Positions 12,455-24,735 of a stretch of DNA of 64,000 nucleotides are shown one piece after another. The position numbers were made by a program, and so were the translations under genes. Each line of letters opens with the position of its first letter. Position 1 is the first letter of the stretch. Below the pieces are notes generated by a model. The model was not told where the DNA came from and ran no database searches. It worked only from the letters and a program-made list of their open reading frames with translations. Origin of the DNA: Penicillus capitatus (taxonomy: Eukaryota > Plantae > Chlorophyta); contig OZ287710.1 of the NCBI GenBank assembly GCA_965649825.1, positions 1 through 64,000 on the forward strand. Direction: 5' to 3'.

Positions 12455-13666
12455 ATGATGCTGCGGGCAGAGTCGCAAGTCACGACGACGACGACGACGC
12501 GTCTCAAAGATAGCCGAAAGTCAAAATCGACAGCGAAACTGCAGGACAGACCTTCTGCCGCCGCCGTAGACGAAGCTGTTCGCACGCCTCCGTCTTCAAA
12601 AGACACAGGCACTGCACAGCAGACCTCGACATCGGATTCGACTCAAAGTGTGCCGTCGTCCTCTCTTTCGGGACCATGCGAACGTCGACTCTGCAGTTCC
12701 TATCACCTCCCCTTGTCACGAATATCATCCGTCGAGGGGATGGAAATGGCTGCCACATCACTTATCGATTCCACAAATGTGGGAGAAGATTCGCGAAGAG
12801 GCGAAACACGACGCGGTGAGCGATGCATGACGATGTTCGGTGATGTGACAGCTGTGTGAGATAATGGTCTAGGACACGGAAGTGTGTTTGGCAAGCTTCT
12901 TGCATTCATCTGTGCTGGTGCACACATCTATTCCTAAGACAATGTCTTTCATACTAGCCAACAAATTGGCTAGCTCTACGTTACTGGGAACGCACTTAAT
13001 GAAACTCATTCAGGATGTCTACGAATGCGATCCAGTACGTCACATCTATAAAGAGTGAGAAGAGTGAGATGAATGTGTCAATAGACTATACTAGATGCCT
13101 GCTGTGCTGATATGCAAGCAGTGCAGGATCGAGATCCGGCTTGCGAGAAATACACCCAGTGCATGTTGTACTTTAAAGGCTTCCAGGCCGTGCAGAGCTA
13201 CCGAATTGCACATTGGCTATGGAATAATGACAGACGAGCATTGGCTATTGCATTACAGAGCCGCATCTCGGAAGTCTTTCATGTTGATATTCATCCAGCA
13301 GCTGTGATTGGCCGTGGCGTCTTTATGGATCACGCCACTGGCGTCGTCATCGGCGAGACGGCCGTTTTGCATGAGAATGTTTCCATGCTGCATCATGTCA
13401 CACTCGGAGGCAGTGGGACAGGAACAGGGAAACGTCATCCGACGATTGGACATGGCGTTCTGTTAGGGGCAGGGGTGAGCATCCTGGGACCCGTGACGGT
13501 GGGCTGTGGTTCAAAGATCGGAGCAGGAGCCGTCGTCGTGCAGAGTCTCCCAACACACTGTGTGGCCGTAGGGGTACCTGCGCGTGTCATTAAACGCGAT
13601 ACCTCCTGCGAGCCTTGCACCAGCATGGATCAATGTGAAGACTTTGTGCATAATTTTCAGATCTAA
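12455..13666 (+). CDS. SAT: Serine O-acetyltransferase (CysE/SAT), 4 exons
   Basis: Spliced MWEKIREEAKHDA|DTEVCLASFLHSSVL...LANKLA; DRDPAC, FKGFQAVQSYRIAHWLW, VDIHPAA, DHATGVVIGETAV, HPTIGHGVLLGAG hexapeptide repeats. Confidence 0.95.
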
Positions 13667-13771
13667 ACACGGGAGGAGTTTTGTTTCTGTGACCCCCTTA
13701 GCGCTCTCTATGTTTTGCACGACATGGCTGGATAAGTCTGAGGGAATCCACTTCCTAAATTGACCATTAAT

Positions 13772-14597
13772 ATGTCGAGCATTGTCTCGCTGTTTGTTAC
13801 GCATAGTGAACTGAAATCCTTCACTGCCGAACTTCGATTTCCATTAGATGTAAGGCCAATGTTGTCGCACTCTAAGAGAGGACACGCTAAGTTGCACAGC
13901 GTCTGGTGTCCGATGTAAAAGTGCAGCTGTCGAGGCGATGTGGCACGGAGCCGACATCAATGAAGCTCGTCTTAAAAGACGACGCCCATGCGACACTGTA
14001 CGATGTCCTCGATGACGACCGTCCTCTGGGCTACTATAGTCCCTACGAAGGGTGAGGCCAAGACATCCTATTATGAAGACTTACCGCGTACAGATGCTTC
14101 TTACACATTGTGGATCTCAATCCAGACGGCACAGGCAAATGGATGGATGATTTGAGTGGCGTGGAGAAGTACACGATGCCCGATGAAGAATACGATAAGC
14201 GAGAGGACTCATTCCGTGCATTCAAGAAACGCATGGCGAGTTCGAAGGCAAACAAGAAACCTCCGTCCGCCAATGATGTCGAGATTAAGTGTGACATCAG
14301 TGTCGGCTACAGATGTCAAGTGGATCCAGGAGAGAAACGCGGTATCGTACGGTAAGATGCCATGATGTGACTGTGTCTGCGAGACAGCGAAAGGATAGGT
14401 TTGTGGGACCTGTGCCCCAGCTGAAGTCCGGAATCTGGATTGGGATAGAATATGATGAGCCGGTAGGAAAGAACGATGGCTCTGTGGAGGGCACATCTTA
14501 TTTTACCTGTCCCCCAGGACACGGTGCATTCGTCCGTCCGACCAAAGTCCGAGTAGGAGACTACCCACCCTTCGACGACTTTGCTGACGAGATCTAA
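13772..14597 (+). CDS. TBCB: Tubulin-folding cofactor B (UBL + CAP-Gly), 4 exons
   Basis: [26 protein letters not shown]|RLVSDVK..., LGYYSPYEG|[33 protein letters not shown]-Gly [20 protein letters not shown]-terminal DEI. Confidence 0.93.
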
Positions 14598-14872
14598 CGC
14601 AACACCTCCCTTGACGATAATCTCTGATCTGTGGCGGCGCAGTCGATGGACGACGTCATCAGAGGTGTTGTAGATTGCGAATGGGTTCGTTGCTATGTTT
14701 GTATGTTACACGTGTGAGACATGTCTTCTGATTCTGCAGAACAGACGCCAATTGCTTGCCGAGACATCTCACTGAGACAGACCACCTATTCTCTGTCCCA
14801 TTCCGCTGTACAGGATGGCAACTCGGCCACTTTCGATGAAAAGAATGATGACGGCAGTCCTTCGATAGTGCT

Positions 14873-16467
14873 CTACGTATCTGCCGACTGCAGAACAGTT
14901 TCTTTAGCTGTCGCTTCCTTCATCTCTCCATTCCCATTAACAGGTTCGCGCACCGGAGCCGATTCGCAAAGACTGGCTTTTGTTATGTCCCCTGCCTCTC
15001 CGTAATCCCTGCTGCCACTTTCGCTGTGTTTGATATCCTCTACGACGCATGTTCCAGTATCTTTGCCTTTGGCCTCTTCCATCGTCGACTCCTCCAGATG
15101 CTTCTCCTCGTCAGGCTCTTCTGCGATCTCACCGATGGAGGGCGCCGTCTCTTTGTCTTCAGGAAAACATGTTTCTTCCCCGTTGTCTACAAAACGGGGC
15201 GATTGCGTCTCTCCCTTGTCGACTGGTGTGCCTTCGCACGCATCTGACTCTTCGACGATGGGTTCTTCTGAAACGCCATCGCTCGTCCGTTTCTGATCAG
15301 ACGATTCTGCATTCGATGGTGCTTCTATCTCTGTTGTCGTCTTATCCACCTCCTTCTCCACAACTCCCTCTTCGGATTTCTTGTCCGGCGACATTGAAGC
15401 ATCGCCAGCTGGATCATCCTCTTGTGCTTCGCTCTGTGGTGACGTGGATGGAAATACTGTAGACCAAAGTTGCTTTGCTGTCGCATCTGTTATCTCGTCT
15501 ATTGTCATCTGTCGCCTCTCTTCGCTCTCGGTTATTTTTGGCAGCACTTTACATACGTCCATCATGAGAGACACAGATGCTTTCTCCAGTTCCCGACTCA
15601 GTTTTCGTCTGTGCCAGACGGTTATGCAACAGTCGCTATCCATTTTGTCGACATCCATCTTCTGTGAGGCAATACCCATCAGTTCCTGCATTCTCGATTC
15701 GACGGCCGTCAGTTTCTTCAGCACTTCCTCAGGACTGCGTCTGCGCATCTTTCTTGACCTCCCTGCATCACCATCTTCTATTGCCTCCTGGTCTTCATTT
15801 CTTTCCTGCGGGTCATCATAACATATGAAATCCCTCACTCTTTTGCACGGATAGTTCTCACTCTTTTTAATGATTCCTGTCTTCGTTGATAGTATCGTTC
15901 GAGATGGGATTTCGTCCACAGTGACTCAAAGTAAGCCGACAATCGATCGCCCATGATGCGAATTTGATTGCCAATAGGGTTATACAGCGTGCAATTCTTG
16001 AACACCTGACGCACGTCGTCGCGAAAATCCAACGGCGTCTCATACTGTCGCTTCGCTGGTCGAAGCTTCGTGGTAATGGTCTTGAAGTCCATCGGCTGCG
16101 ATACGATCTTGAAATAGTCTGGGCAGTTGAGGGCGATCGGGTCAACCGGGAGCAAAAACGGACCCGAATTGTTGTTCTTCTTCAGCTGCGTCAGCAATTT
16201 GCGACACTGAGTGAACATTTCTTCCATCGTCATAGATCCGCCGACGTCGTGTTTCGGTCGTTTGTTGCCTTCCGTTCGATCTGGAAGGGGCGGTCCATTG
16301 GGTTCGCGTTTGAGTTTCCTTCCCGTATTCGTTGGCGGCTGCGGGAGCTTCTCGACGAAACGAATGCGCTGTTCCAAAATGTCTTGCTGCGCCTCCAGCA
16401 GCAACAACTCTGCACGGCGCAGACTTCGTGTCTTGGCAGCCGGTGCTCCTTTCTTGCTACGATGCAT
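14873..16467 (-). CDS. GTE: BET/GTE-family bromodomain plus ET-domain protein with acidic tail
   Basis: Bromodomain SGPFLLPVDPIALNCPDYFKIVSQPMDFKTI...DDVRQVFKNCTLYNP. Intron (~15813-15862) joins ET-like HRRKLSRELEKASVSLMMDVCKVL. A further short 3' exon ending ~14769 is possible. Confidence 0.85.
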
Positions 16468-17531
16468 CGTCGCTGTCGATGTCGACGGAAACACCATAAA
16501 CGGACAGCGTGCAAAACGAGGCGTGGTGAGACGAGAGCAGGCGTAATGCTGGACGGTGAATTCTAGATGGCGTTACGCCAGCAGTGCTTGTTGCCTTGGC
16601 GTTGCGTTGAGCAATGGCTGTGGGCTCGACCGCTTTTAAGGGTCCAGAGAAATGAACGGTCCGAAGCTACTACGCTTGGAGCGGGACACGTCAGCGAGAT
16701 GACAGACGATGCGACAGCACGATGCGATGGCCGAGCCAGCGAACACACGACGATCGATGTCAACCGTACAGTAGGTATAGCAATGCACTGCTGCCGCATG
16801 GAATTGTGGCCTAAATTGGAAGTCCGTTTTCGCGTCATCGTTATCTTATGACGCGTCGACTCGATGTGGCCATCAAGATCGTGCGAAACCAACCTTCTAT
16901 CCCGAAGACAAAATACCGTGAACGGATTCCCTACTTCACCTATTTGGCCTGTAAAGAAGAAGAAACATCTGTTCATTGCGTCATCTCGTCAACGCATGCC
17001 GACGCGTTTACATCGCTAGCGCGTCTTGTGACTAAGGGTGGCGGGCTATGGCAAACAGTCGTTGTGTTTGTGTTGGTTACCCATCTCTTCGCGACGCACG
17101 CAAACAGAGCCGCACTTTGTGCATGTCTCCGCTTTCTTATAATCGCACGGTGTCCTCTGTATCCTGAGCATTGTCTTTCCCATCGGTTCTCTGACGATTA
17201 AACAGCGAGCAGTGGTTACCTGCGGGTGAGGGTGGATGTGTTTGGGACGGATCGGCGGAGTCGTTAATTCTTCATGCGACTTGAACGAGGCATAGAAGTC
17301 TTGTCATGACGCCTGTTGTTCATTCCTATTGTTTCAAAGACGTCGCTAGAGGGAGATATGATGACGGCCACAACGTCGAGAGCGAAGGCGAAGATCCGCG
17401 GACTCACCATCCCGTCGCCCACGTAACCTCCGTGGATGTCGCCGTTGTATTGGACTCAGTAGAAAGCGGCGGTTGGGCAAAAAGAAAGAACGTGGCATTC
17501 CATCGAAAAAACCCCGCCGTATTGAATTACT

Positions 17532-19947
17532 ATGCATCTTGCGCGACGCCGTTTTTCTTCTGCAGCCGCCTCCCCCTTCAGCGGCTACGTCGAGAATAAT
17601 CGACCTCCTCCACCAGACGAGCTGTGCCCTGTTGGAGTGGACGACGAAATGTCCAGTGACGCAACGTTTCTCTGTCAGGAGTCGGAGCCGGAAGACGAGA
17701 TGCATGGATATCTTCACGAACAGAATGCTCCACTCTTCGAGGCGCGTTTGAGGGAACAGCAACAGCAGGCACTACCGTACTGTACACGAACGGCGAATTT
17801 TCCTCCTGGTCTTGACGGATTCCCGACGACGTCTGGCTTTCCTCCACAGAGACAGCCTCCGCCGATGCCGAATATGGTTCGTTTTGGCACGGATGTTTTT
17901 CAGAGAGAAGTGTTTCGACCTCGACGCGGTCCGGCTTTGAGTTGGGGCTTTCAACAAGAGTTGGCTGAATACGAGGCATCCCTCCAGAATGGATATGGAG
18001 AGGTCGGAGGAATGCTGTATCCACAACAACAGAATGGCTACGTGCTGACAAATGAACGACAACCGATTCAAGCTCAACAGTCACGGTATCCCTATGCCTT
18101 GTCGAGATAGATATCTCACTCGTGATTGAAGGAGAAGCTATCAGGGAGGGAATAGAGATGGAATGAATCACACGCAAAACGAAGATACGCGCGGAACAAG
18201 GAAGAGTGGGCAGCAACAGCAGCAGAAGCCCAACAAGAGCCGAAGGAGAGGCCGTCGAGGAGGTCGTGGAAAAAAGAATCCCGAACGCTCAGCGGATGAT
18301 GCGCCAAAACTCGAAAAGTTTGCTGACTGTTGTTTCTATCAGATATGGGACGTTGGATTGCATAGGAACCTTGAAGACGAACTCGCTCAAGAAATGGCCA
18401 ATCACATGTCGAACAAGAGCGCATTGGCACACAGTTTTTCCAGTCTCCGGCTCCACGTGGCAGGCGGAGGCACGATGATCATTCTGAATGATAAGGAGAT
18501 TACTGGAAACCAGATATCACCGTCAAGGCAGTCCAGAGATCAAAGGGGTGTTCTTCCAGAAAGATCATCCGTTGTCATCGAATCCTCCTGCCCCAGGAAT
18601 GAAGAGCCCATCCCTCACAGTGCAGCAGAGATGATACATGAGACGGATAGCAATGGAAAGGCAGCGGTCTGGCCAAAAGGGTGTGGTGCCTTCTTTCCGC
18701 CCCAAGTGCTGAAACAGTTGCAAGAAGATCCACAGAACCTGAATCCCGATCCCAGCTTTGTCAGTCAACCGTCCACTCCTGTATCTGGCCGCCATATCAA
18801 ACATAGTCCCTATACACCATCGGAATCTACGCAGTCGATCGATAGAGGGATGCAACAGCAACATCGCATAAAACCAGGAACTGGGTGTTTCATTCCATCC
18901 TATTCTCGAGACCCTGCCTCTCCTGAAATGGACCCTTCGCAGGTACTGGAAAGTGTCTCATTGGTGGAGAGCCTGGCATGTCTGGAGAATTCTGAGGAAT
19001 TGCTTAACCCGGCCCATGAGGCTCTGTCGGGTGATCGCGAGCTGCTAGATGGTGCAGATTTCTGTTACTCGGATGAATCGGCACACTTGCTGGAGAACAC
19101 CCGACGCAGTTCCAGGGTTCAAGAAGATGCATCTCAAGTGGGTTCATCGAGCCAAGATCCTGCGAATGATCTGATCCAGCTGATCGAGAACGATGATTAC
19201 ACCACCTTCACCAGCCCCTTGCATTTGGAAGACACATTGGATGGCCTACAGGCAGAAAGAGAAGCCCATGAAGAAACTGAGCAGAAGCTCATTGATCTTC
19301 AAATTGAAAACAACGAGCTGCGTAGCGAGGCGAAACGAGGCGAAACGCTTGACACCGAACTGCAGAAAATGAAGGAGCACAATGCCATTCTACAGGTGCT
19401 CTTGTTCTTTGAATGGAACAAGAACAGGAAAGCAGCGTTGAAGAAAACAGTGCCCTTGGGATTGACCCCTACCACCAAATGCAGTACTGCGGAGGAGGAA
19501 CTGTTTCGTGAAGTTGTGAGCAAAAAAGAAAAACCCGCGAAAGAGATCAAGAAAGACGATGAGATCCATGCGCTTAAAGCAAAACGTCCAAAGAGTGCTC
19601 TGAAGTCTGCATCTGTATTATCGTCATCGTCATCATCGAAGCCTGTGGATGCCAAGAAGACTCTGAAGCCTGAGAAGAAAGCCGCAAAGACAAGCGAGGG
19701 CACTAAGAAGAAAGAGGCTGACGACTCGAAGCCCAATTCATCATCCGAAGCAAAGTGTCATCTCAACCTCAAGTCCGCCACTGGAGGCAGTGGAGTCAAG
19801 AAGCATCCCGTGCGATGTTCAAGCCATCATCATCGACCAGCAGACGACATTGGTGAGGATGTTAAGAAAAATAAACGACCTGTTGCAGGCAAGACCAGTG
19901 TGAAGCATTCAAGAGCGGCATCCTCATGTAATACGATGCGTTTTTGA
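17532..19947 (+). CDS. Large low-complexity/disordered protein with small coiled coil and Lys-rich tail
   Basis: ORF 17532-18110 splices in frame (QSR|RSYQGGNRDG-MNHTQ) to the 594-aa ORF 18163-19947. True start uncertain (possibly MSSDATF at ~17649). Confidence 0.6.
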
Positions 19948-20420
19948 TCAACTGTGCATGGACACTGCAATTGTATCACGTCGCCATTCTCGTTCTCTTG
20001 TCTCGTTTTGAATTATTGCGGCAGTCAGGCTATGGCTGCGGGTCTTATGTATAAAATCAATTGGGGTCTTTGCATCTGATGTTCTTGTCTGTGCTGCTTG
20101 CCTTATTGAATAGATCAGTAGCCTTAGTTTCATCATCCCGTATTTGATTTTTGCCATCCGAGTGACGAAAACAACCTTGCTGACGATTGCCTTTAGCGAG
20201 CTGTGTGTTCACCAGTTTCATAATAGGGGGTCAACAAGAAATGATCTTTGTTCTTTTGAGACGACGCCTGTGGAGCTTAACGGAAAATAAGACATTCTCG
20301 CATCGATCTGCATCCTTAAGTATTACAGACTTGGCATTTATTGAGTATGTGTGACATGCATGTATGAGATCACACAATATATCTATCCACAGTCATGTGA
20401 GAAGAAGGCAGCGCCGCCCG

Positions 20421-22520
20421 TCAATACGGATCCGACGGTCGGCGACCTAACAGTCCCGCTTGCTTCCTTGCGTCTGAGATTCGTTGGGCGAGCTCCTACG
20501 TGAATGCCAGTCCTTTGTGAGATATAAAGCTAGAAGGTGTTCTCAGACTTCTATTTCGCGATGGATCTCTTGTTCTGCTCGATGGAGGTGTTTTGACATG
20601 GCCTCTTTTTGCGATTCATTGGTGTACCCTGAATACCCAGTGGACGTCCACAAACTGTTCATGTTAATGTCCTCCGGTGGCACGAGTCGTAGAAAATGGA
20701 TATAGGGTTTCTCCATCGTCTTCACAAAACAGTGTGGCGTCGCGGTTTCTAACTCGACGATCATCTGCGCACGGCCTGTATCCAATCTCGCCTGTGATCT
20801 TTCCTTGATCTGCAGCACAGAATATCGTTAGCAAGAGAGATACATTATCCCCACATACCTTTTTGTGTGAACTAACAATAATCGAGACAATCAGATTGTA
20901 GAAGGTAACGGTGTTAAGAAAGAGAAACACAGAAAACAGAATCGTCACAGCAATAGATCTCTCCGAATCCAGAAGCGGATCGTAAGTGAACCGTTTGAAC
21001 ATACTCCCAAACAGCGTAAAGAAACAGTGGAAGACTGTTCCATAGTAGAAGTCAATCTGCATCGATACACGGCACACACACAGATCACTGAATGACGATG
21101 GAAGAGTGACCACACCTCATCATTGATCTCCATATCCAGATCCTTTTTGAAGAGGGTAAAGAGTGCCACAGCAAAAGATACGACGGTTGTCAGCCAAAGG
21201 AACAGAAAGACGGCAGCATCTCGTAGCACTTCATTCAGGTTGTCGATGAAAGCGCATTCGACTTGCAGCACCGCCCTGCAGACCATCAGTATTGTTCGTA
21301 GAGAGCGCAGCGGAAGACGCACCGAGAAAAGTACTGAATCTTCAGGACCAGCAACACTGTCTGCGTACTGAGCATGATGGCATAGGTATTGGCCTCTACA
21401 CCTGTGGTGAAGACGTAGACAACGAAGCAGAGCATTTGACAGATCTGTGCCAATGCATCGAAGAGATTCCAGAAAGTGAGCCAGTGTCCAAGGCCATTAT
21501 AGATCACTTCGCAGGTACTGATGTACGAGAAAGGCAGCATAAAAACAGTCGCCAAGAACGATGCAACGATGGAAACATATTCGGAATCGTCCAAACCCTC
21601 CTTGGTAGCATGTTCGGTATCGTGATTATCATGTGTGTCCCAGAAATGTTCTTTCAAGTCATTCGGTTCATAGAGAGCTGCATGGACCAAGAATGCTGTC
21701 AGCCAGAAGAAGAACAGACAGAACTCCACGAAAATCACATTCCTGGCCCATTGCCACTTGAATCCGACGACGGCTCGAATCAAAGGAGAAGAGAAGAGAG
21801 CCGGTGGACATCTACCGCCTTCCAGTAATCGCACAATGGGATACAGCAAACCTCCTTCCCATGGATCGGCTGCATTCTTCAATGTGACCACATAGGCTTC
21901 GGCTCTCCAGTATTGACATGGACCTGAAAGCGACAGCCACTTGAAAACAAAGAGTGATGTGATAGGCACCAATAGCCGTCGAAGCACGAGCAGGTTCGAG
22001 TCTTTTCTGCCAGATGGCCAGCCAAGGGGCGTCTTCTGCTTGATTACTGGTTTCCCAAATAATGGGCTTGCCTTCAAACCCTTTCATCACCACGCCCTCC
22101 TACACGGTATAGAGGGGAGACGTGACGCCATTCTCGAATCTTATGGATCACACTCTTAATCGCATGTTTCCCAGATACACAACTCCTTGCGATGCAATGA
22201 GTTGCATAACTTGCCGTTCGGTATAGGATGCAAAGAGGTCCTTCATGTACTTTCCGCGTAGAGTCGGCTTGCCTCCATTGCTCTCTTCGTTCCTCTCCGT
22301 CAATTGCCCTGTCCAAAGCATCGCGTGTATGCGTCTCGATGAACGAGAAACGCACGTCGCAAAGATAGACGAGACGAAAGGTGATGAGAAGATTGCGAGG
22401 CGTCCTTCTCAGTCTCTCGTGACCTAGACGCATAGATTCGAAGGCGCCGCCTATGAGAAATGCGTGTGAACACCCTGAATACGCCTCCGTATTGGGGATA
22501 GGCGACTCTTCCCATCCAGA
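20421..22520 (-). CDS. TRP-like 6-TM cation channel
   Basis: Spliced SPLIRAVVGFKWQWARNVIFVEF (pre-S1/S1), WLTFWNLFDALAQ (S3), LLVLKIQYFSR (S4), FIDNLNEVLRDAAVFLFL (S5), S6 FYNLIVSIIVSSHKK, TRP-box-like DTGRAQMIVELE. 5' exons and the last exon are approximate. Confidence 0.8.
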
Positions 22521-22810
22521 CATCGACAAACGACCGACGTTTGAAAAACAGAGTGTGCGGCAAAGGGAGACACGTTTGGTTAGGAGGCCGCGTGTGTGAA
22601 TGCCGCCGAGTCTTGCATCGAGATGTCTGAAATGTCACACCAGTCTACGTCAATGCTGTCTGACACGCGTATTCGACGAAGTAAGAAATCTTATCGCAGA
22701 TAGCCGACCCCGTTTAGCCGATTGCCAGGAAAATAACTACCACGCGAAAACGCGAGAGCTCAGTCCATCTCAATGAGAATGAAGCCTCAACAAGCACACG
22801 TCGACAGTTA

Positions 22811-23548
22811 TCAGTCCTTTTCGCTGATGGCAACGAGATGCTCTTCGATTTGAGAAACGGATAGAACAGCAAAGTCTTTGCGTTCGGTATGGACAACACC
22901 CACTTCGATCTCCGTTGCCTTGAAGTCTTCAGCCAAGACATTTTGCAACGCGGCAATGGCTGTCTGAATGCACTCGTCTTTCGAGAATTCCTGATCTGCC
23001 TTGACTTTCTTTTCCAATAGGTTTGTTGCCTCCGTGTCCTTAGCACCGGCACTGCATGCACGGTAACCAGCATAATATCCAGCGGGGTCCACACGAAACA
23101 GCTGTGGTCCATGCTCATCATCGATTCCCAAAACGACTGTTGCGACACCGAGGGGACGCATGCTCGCATACTGTGTCTTGACCTGTGCCTTATCGGCAAT
23201 ACGTTTGGCCAAATAATCGACAGGAATTTCGTATCCAAAATCCATGCGAAACTGCGCAGCCATCTCTCGAGCCTCTTGCAATACCGCACGGGCGTCCGCC
23301 GTCAGGCCAGTCAAACAGACGCCAACAGATCGCGTCACTCGATGCAAGCTTGTCACACAGGAAGGTTCGATCAGTTTGTCCGGGACCTTTTTTTGTGTCA
23401 CCACGCAAACGGTGTCCTTTCCGCGAACTGCCACAGACGTATTGCCTACGGACTTCACAGCCTTGAAGGCATATTCCACTTGATACAGGCGGCCTTCGGG
23501 ACTGAAGATAGTGATGTATCGGTCGTAACCAGAACCGCCTCGGGACAT
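22811..23548 (-). CDS. PSMA6: 20S proteasome alpha subunit type 6 / alpha1 (intronless)
   Basis: MSRGGSGYDRYITIFSPEGRLYQVEYAFKAV...QKKVPDKL...YLAKRIADKAQVKTQYASMRPLGV...DFKATEIEVGVV. Confidence 0.97.
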   Translation of the reverse strand: MSRGGSGYDRYITIFSPEGRLYQVEYAFKAVKSVGNTSVAVRGKDTVCVVTQKKVPDKLIEPSCVTSLHRVTRSVGVCLTGLTADARAVLQEAREMAAQFRMDFGYEIPVDYLAKRIADKAQVKTQYASMRPLGVATVVLGIDDEHGPQLFRVDPAGYYAGYRACSAGAKDTEATNLLEKKVKADQEFSKDECIQTAIAALQNVLAEDFKATEIEVGVVHTERKDFAVLSVSQIEEHLVAISEKD

Positions 23549-23578
23549 GGCGCAGGAAGACGTTTTTAATATAATGAC

Positions 23579-24512
23579 ATGGATCGTCACCTAAACCTTC
23601 ACCGATTCTATGTGTCGACGCCTTTGCAGACGGGACGCACGAGCTACACGCTCGATCCCGTCGAAACGCGACATGCCTTGTCCGTTCTGCGTTTGAAAGA
23701 TGGCGATCCCGTCGAAATCTGCGACGGAAAAGGCAGACGAGTCACGGGTCTGGTCGAATGGATTGGACGGAGACCGAAATGTGTGAATGTAGGTATGGAT
23801 CTGTGGACGGTTTGTTTAATGACGACCTTGTGCAGGTTGTGTCCGAGGGAGATCCGATTGTCGAACCACGTCCTTCTCCAGAAATCGTTCTCTGTGTTGC
23901 GGGTGGCAACTTGAAAGGAGGACGGGGAGATTGGCTGGCAGAAAAGGCAACGGAGCTTGGAGTATCTGTCCTTGTCCCTGTTCTCTGTGAGAGATCGCAG
24001 GTACGTTTCGTCTGAACGATGATCTGTGTTGCTGCAAACAGAGCTTGCCTGGTACAGGCGTTAAGTAGAAACGGGAACGGTCGGTTGGAGAGATGGCGGA
24101 GAGTGTCTCAGGCAGCGATGAAACAGTGTCTGAGGACACACCAAATGGAGATAGAGAATCCACGATTCCTCTCCGATATGCATTTCCGAACACGACCGGA
24201 CGCCTTGCAGATTCTTGCTACCGCCGGAGGCCAACATCTAAGAACGGCGCTTCGCCATCGCGATTGTGCACCTTCAGAGTAGCTGACTAGAGGACGAACG
24301 GAACACGTGTAACGCGGTTTTCTAGGTGGCCAGATAGTATTGCCCTTTTCGTTGGTCCGGAAGGAGATTTCACTGAAGAAGAGAAGAAGAGATTGATGAT
24401 GCATGGTTGTGTGCCCGTATCTCTTGGACCAAATCGTTTACGTGTCGAGACAGCAGCTGTCGCACTTGTCAGCGCAGTACAGTTGCTGTTGTTCGATGAC
24501 AGCACCCATTAA
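23579..24512 (+). CDS. rsmE: RsmE-family 16S rRNA m3U1498 methyltransferase, 4 exons
   Basis: LHRFYV...RHALSVLRLKDGDPVEICDGKG, DWLAEKATELGV, RWRRVSQAAMKQCLR, IALFVGPEGDFTEEE, VSLGPNRLRVETAA after removing three GT-AG introns. Confidence 0.9.
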
Positions 24513-24735
24513 CCCAATATCACAACTTTCGCTGCAAATGTATTGTCTGTCTCACCGTCCCAGGCCATGTCCACTGCAACAGACGTGCAGTTTGAAGGAT
24601 TGCTGTGTTCAGAATGCTTTCGACGATAACATAAACATCTTCTATTCGTGGCCTCCAACAAGTCTTTGAGGCTAACACCAAAGGCGTCGAGATTGTCTGA
24701 AGGAACCGTAGCGATGAAGGTTCTTTCCTTATCGA

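Noticed and set aside
12482-12499. (ACG)6 microsatellite
   Set aside because: Simple poly-Thr codon run in the SAT N-terminal extension; ordinary.
15834-15868. Duplicated AAAAGAGTGAG donor context in the GTE intron (alternative 5' splice site)
   Set aside because: The two donors are 23 nt apart, so the second would frameshift and leave an unusually short intron. Likely incidental.
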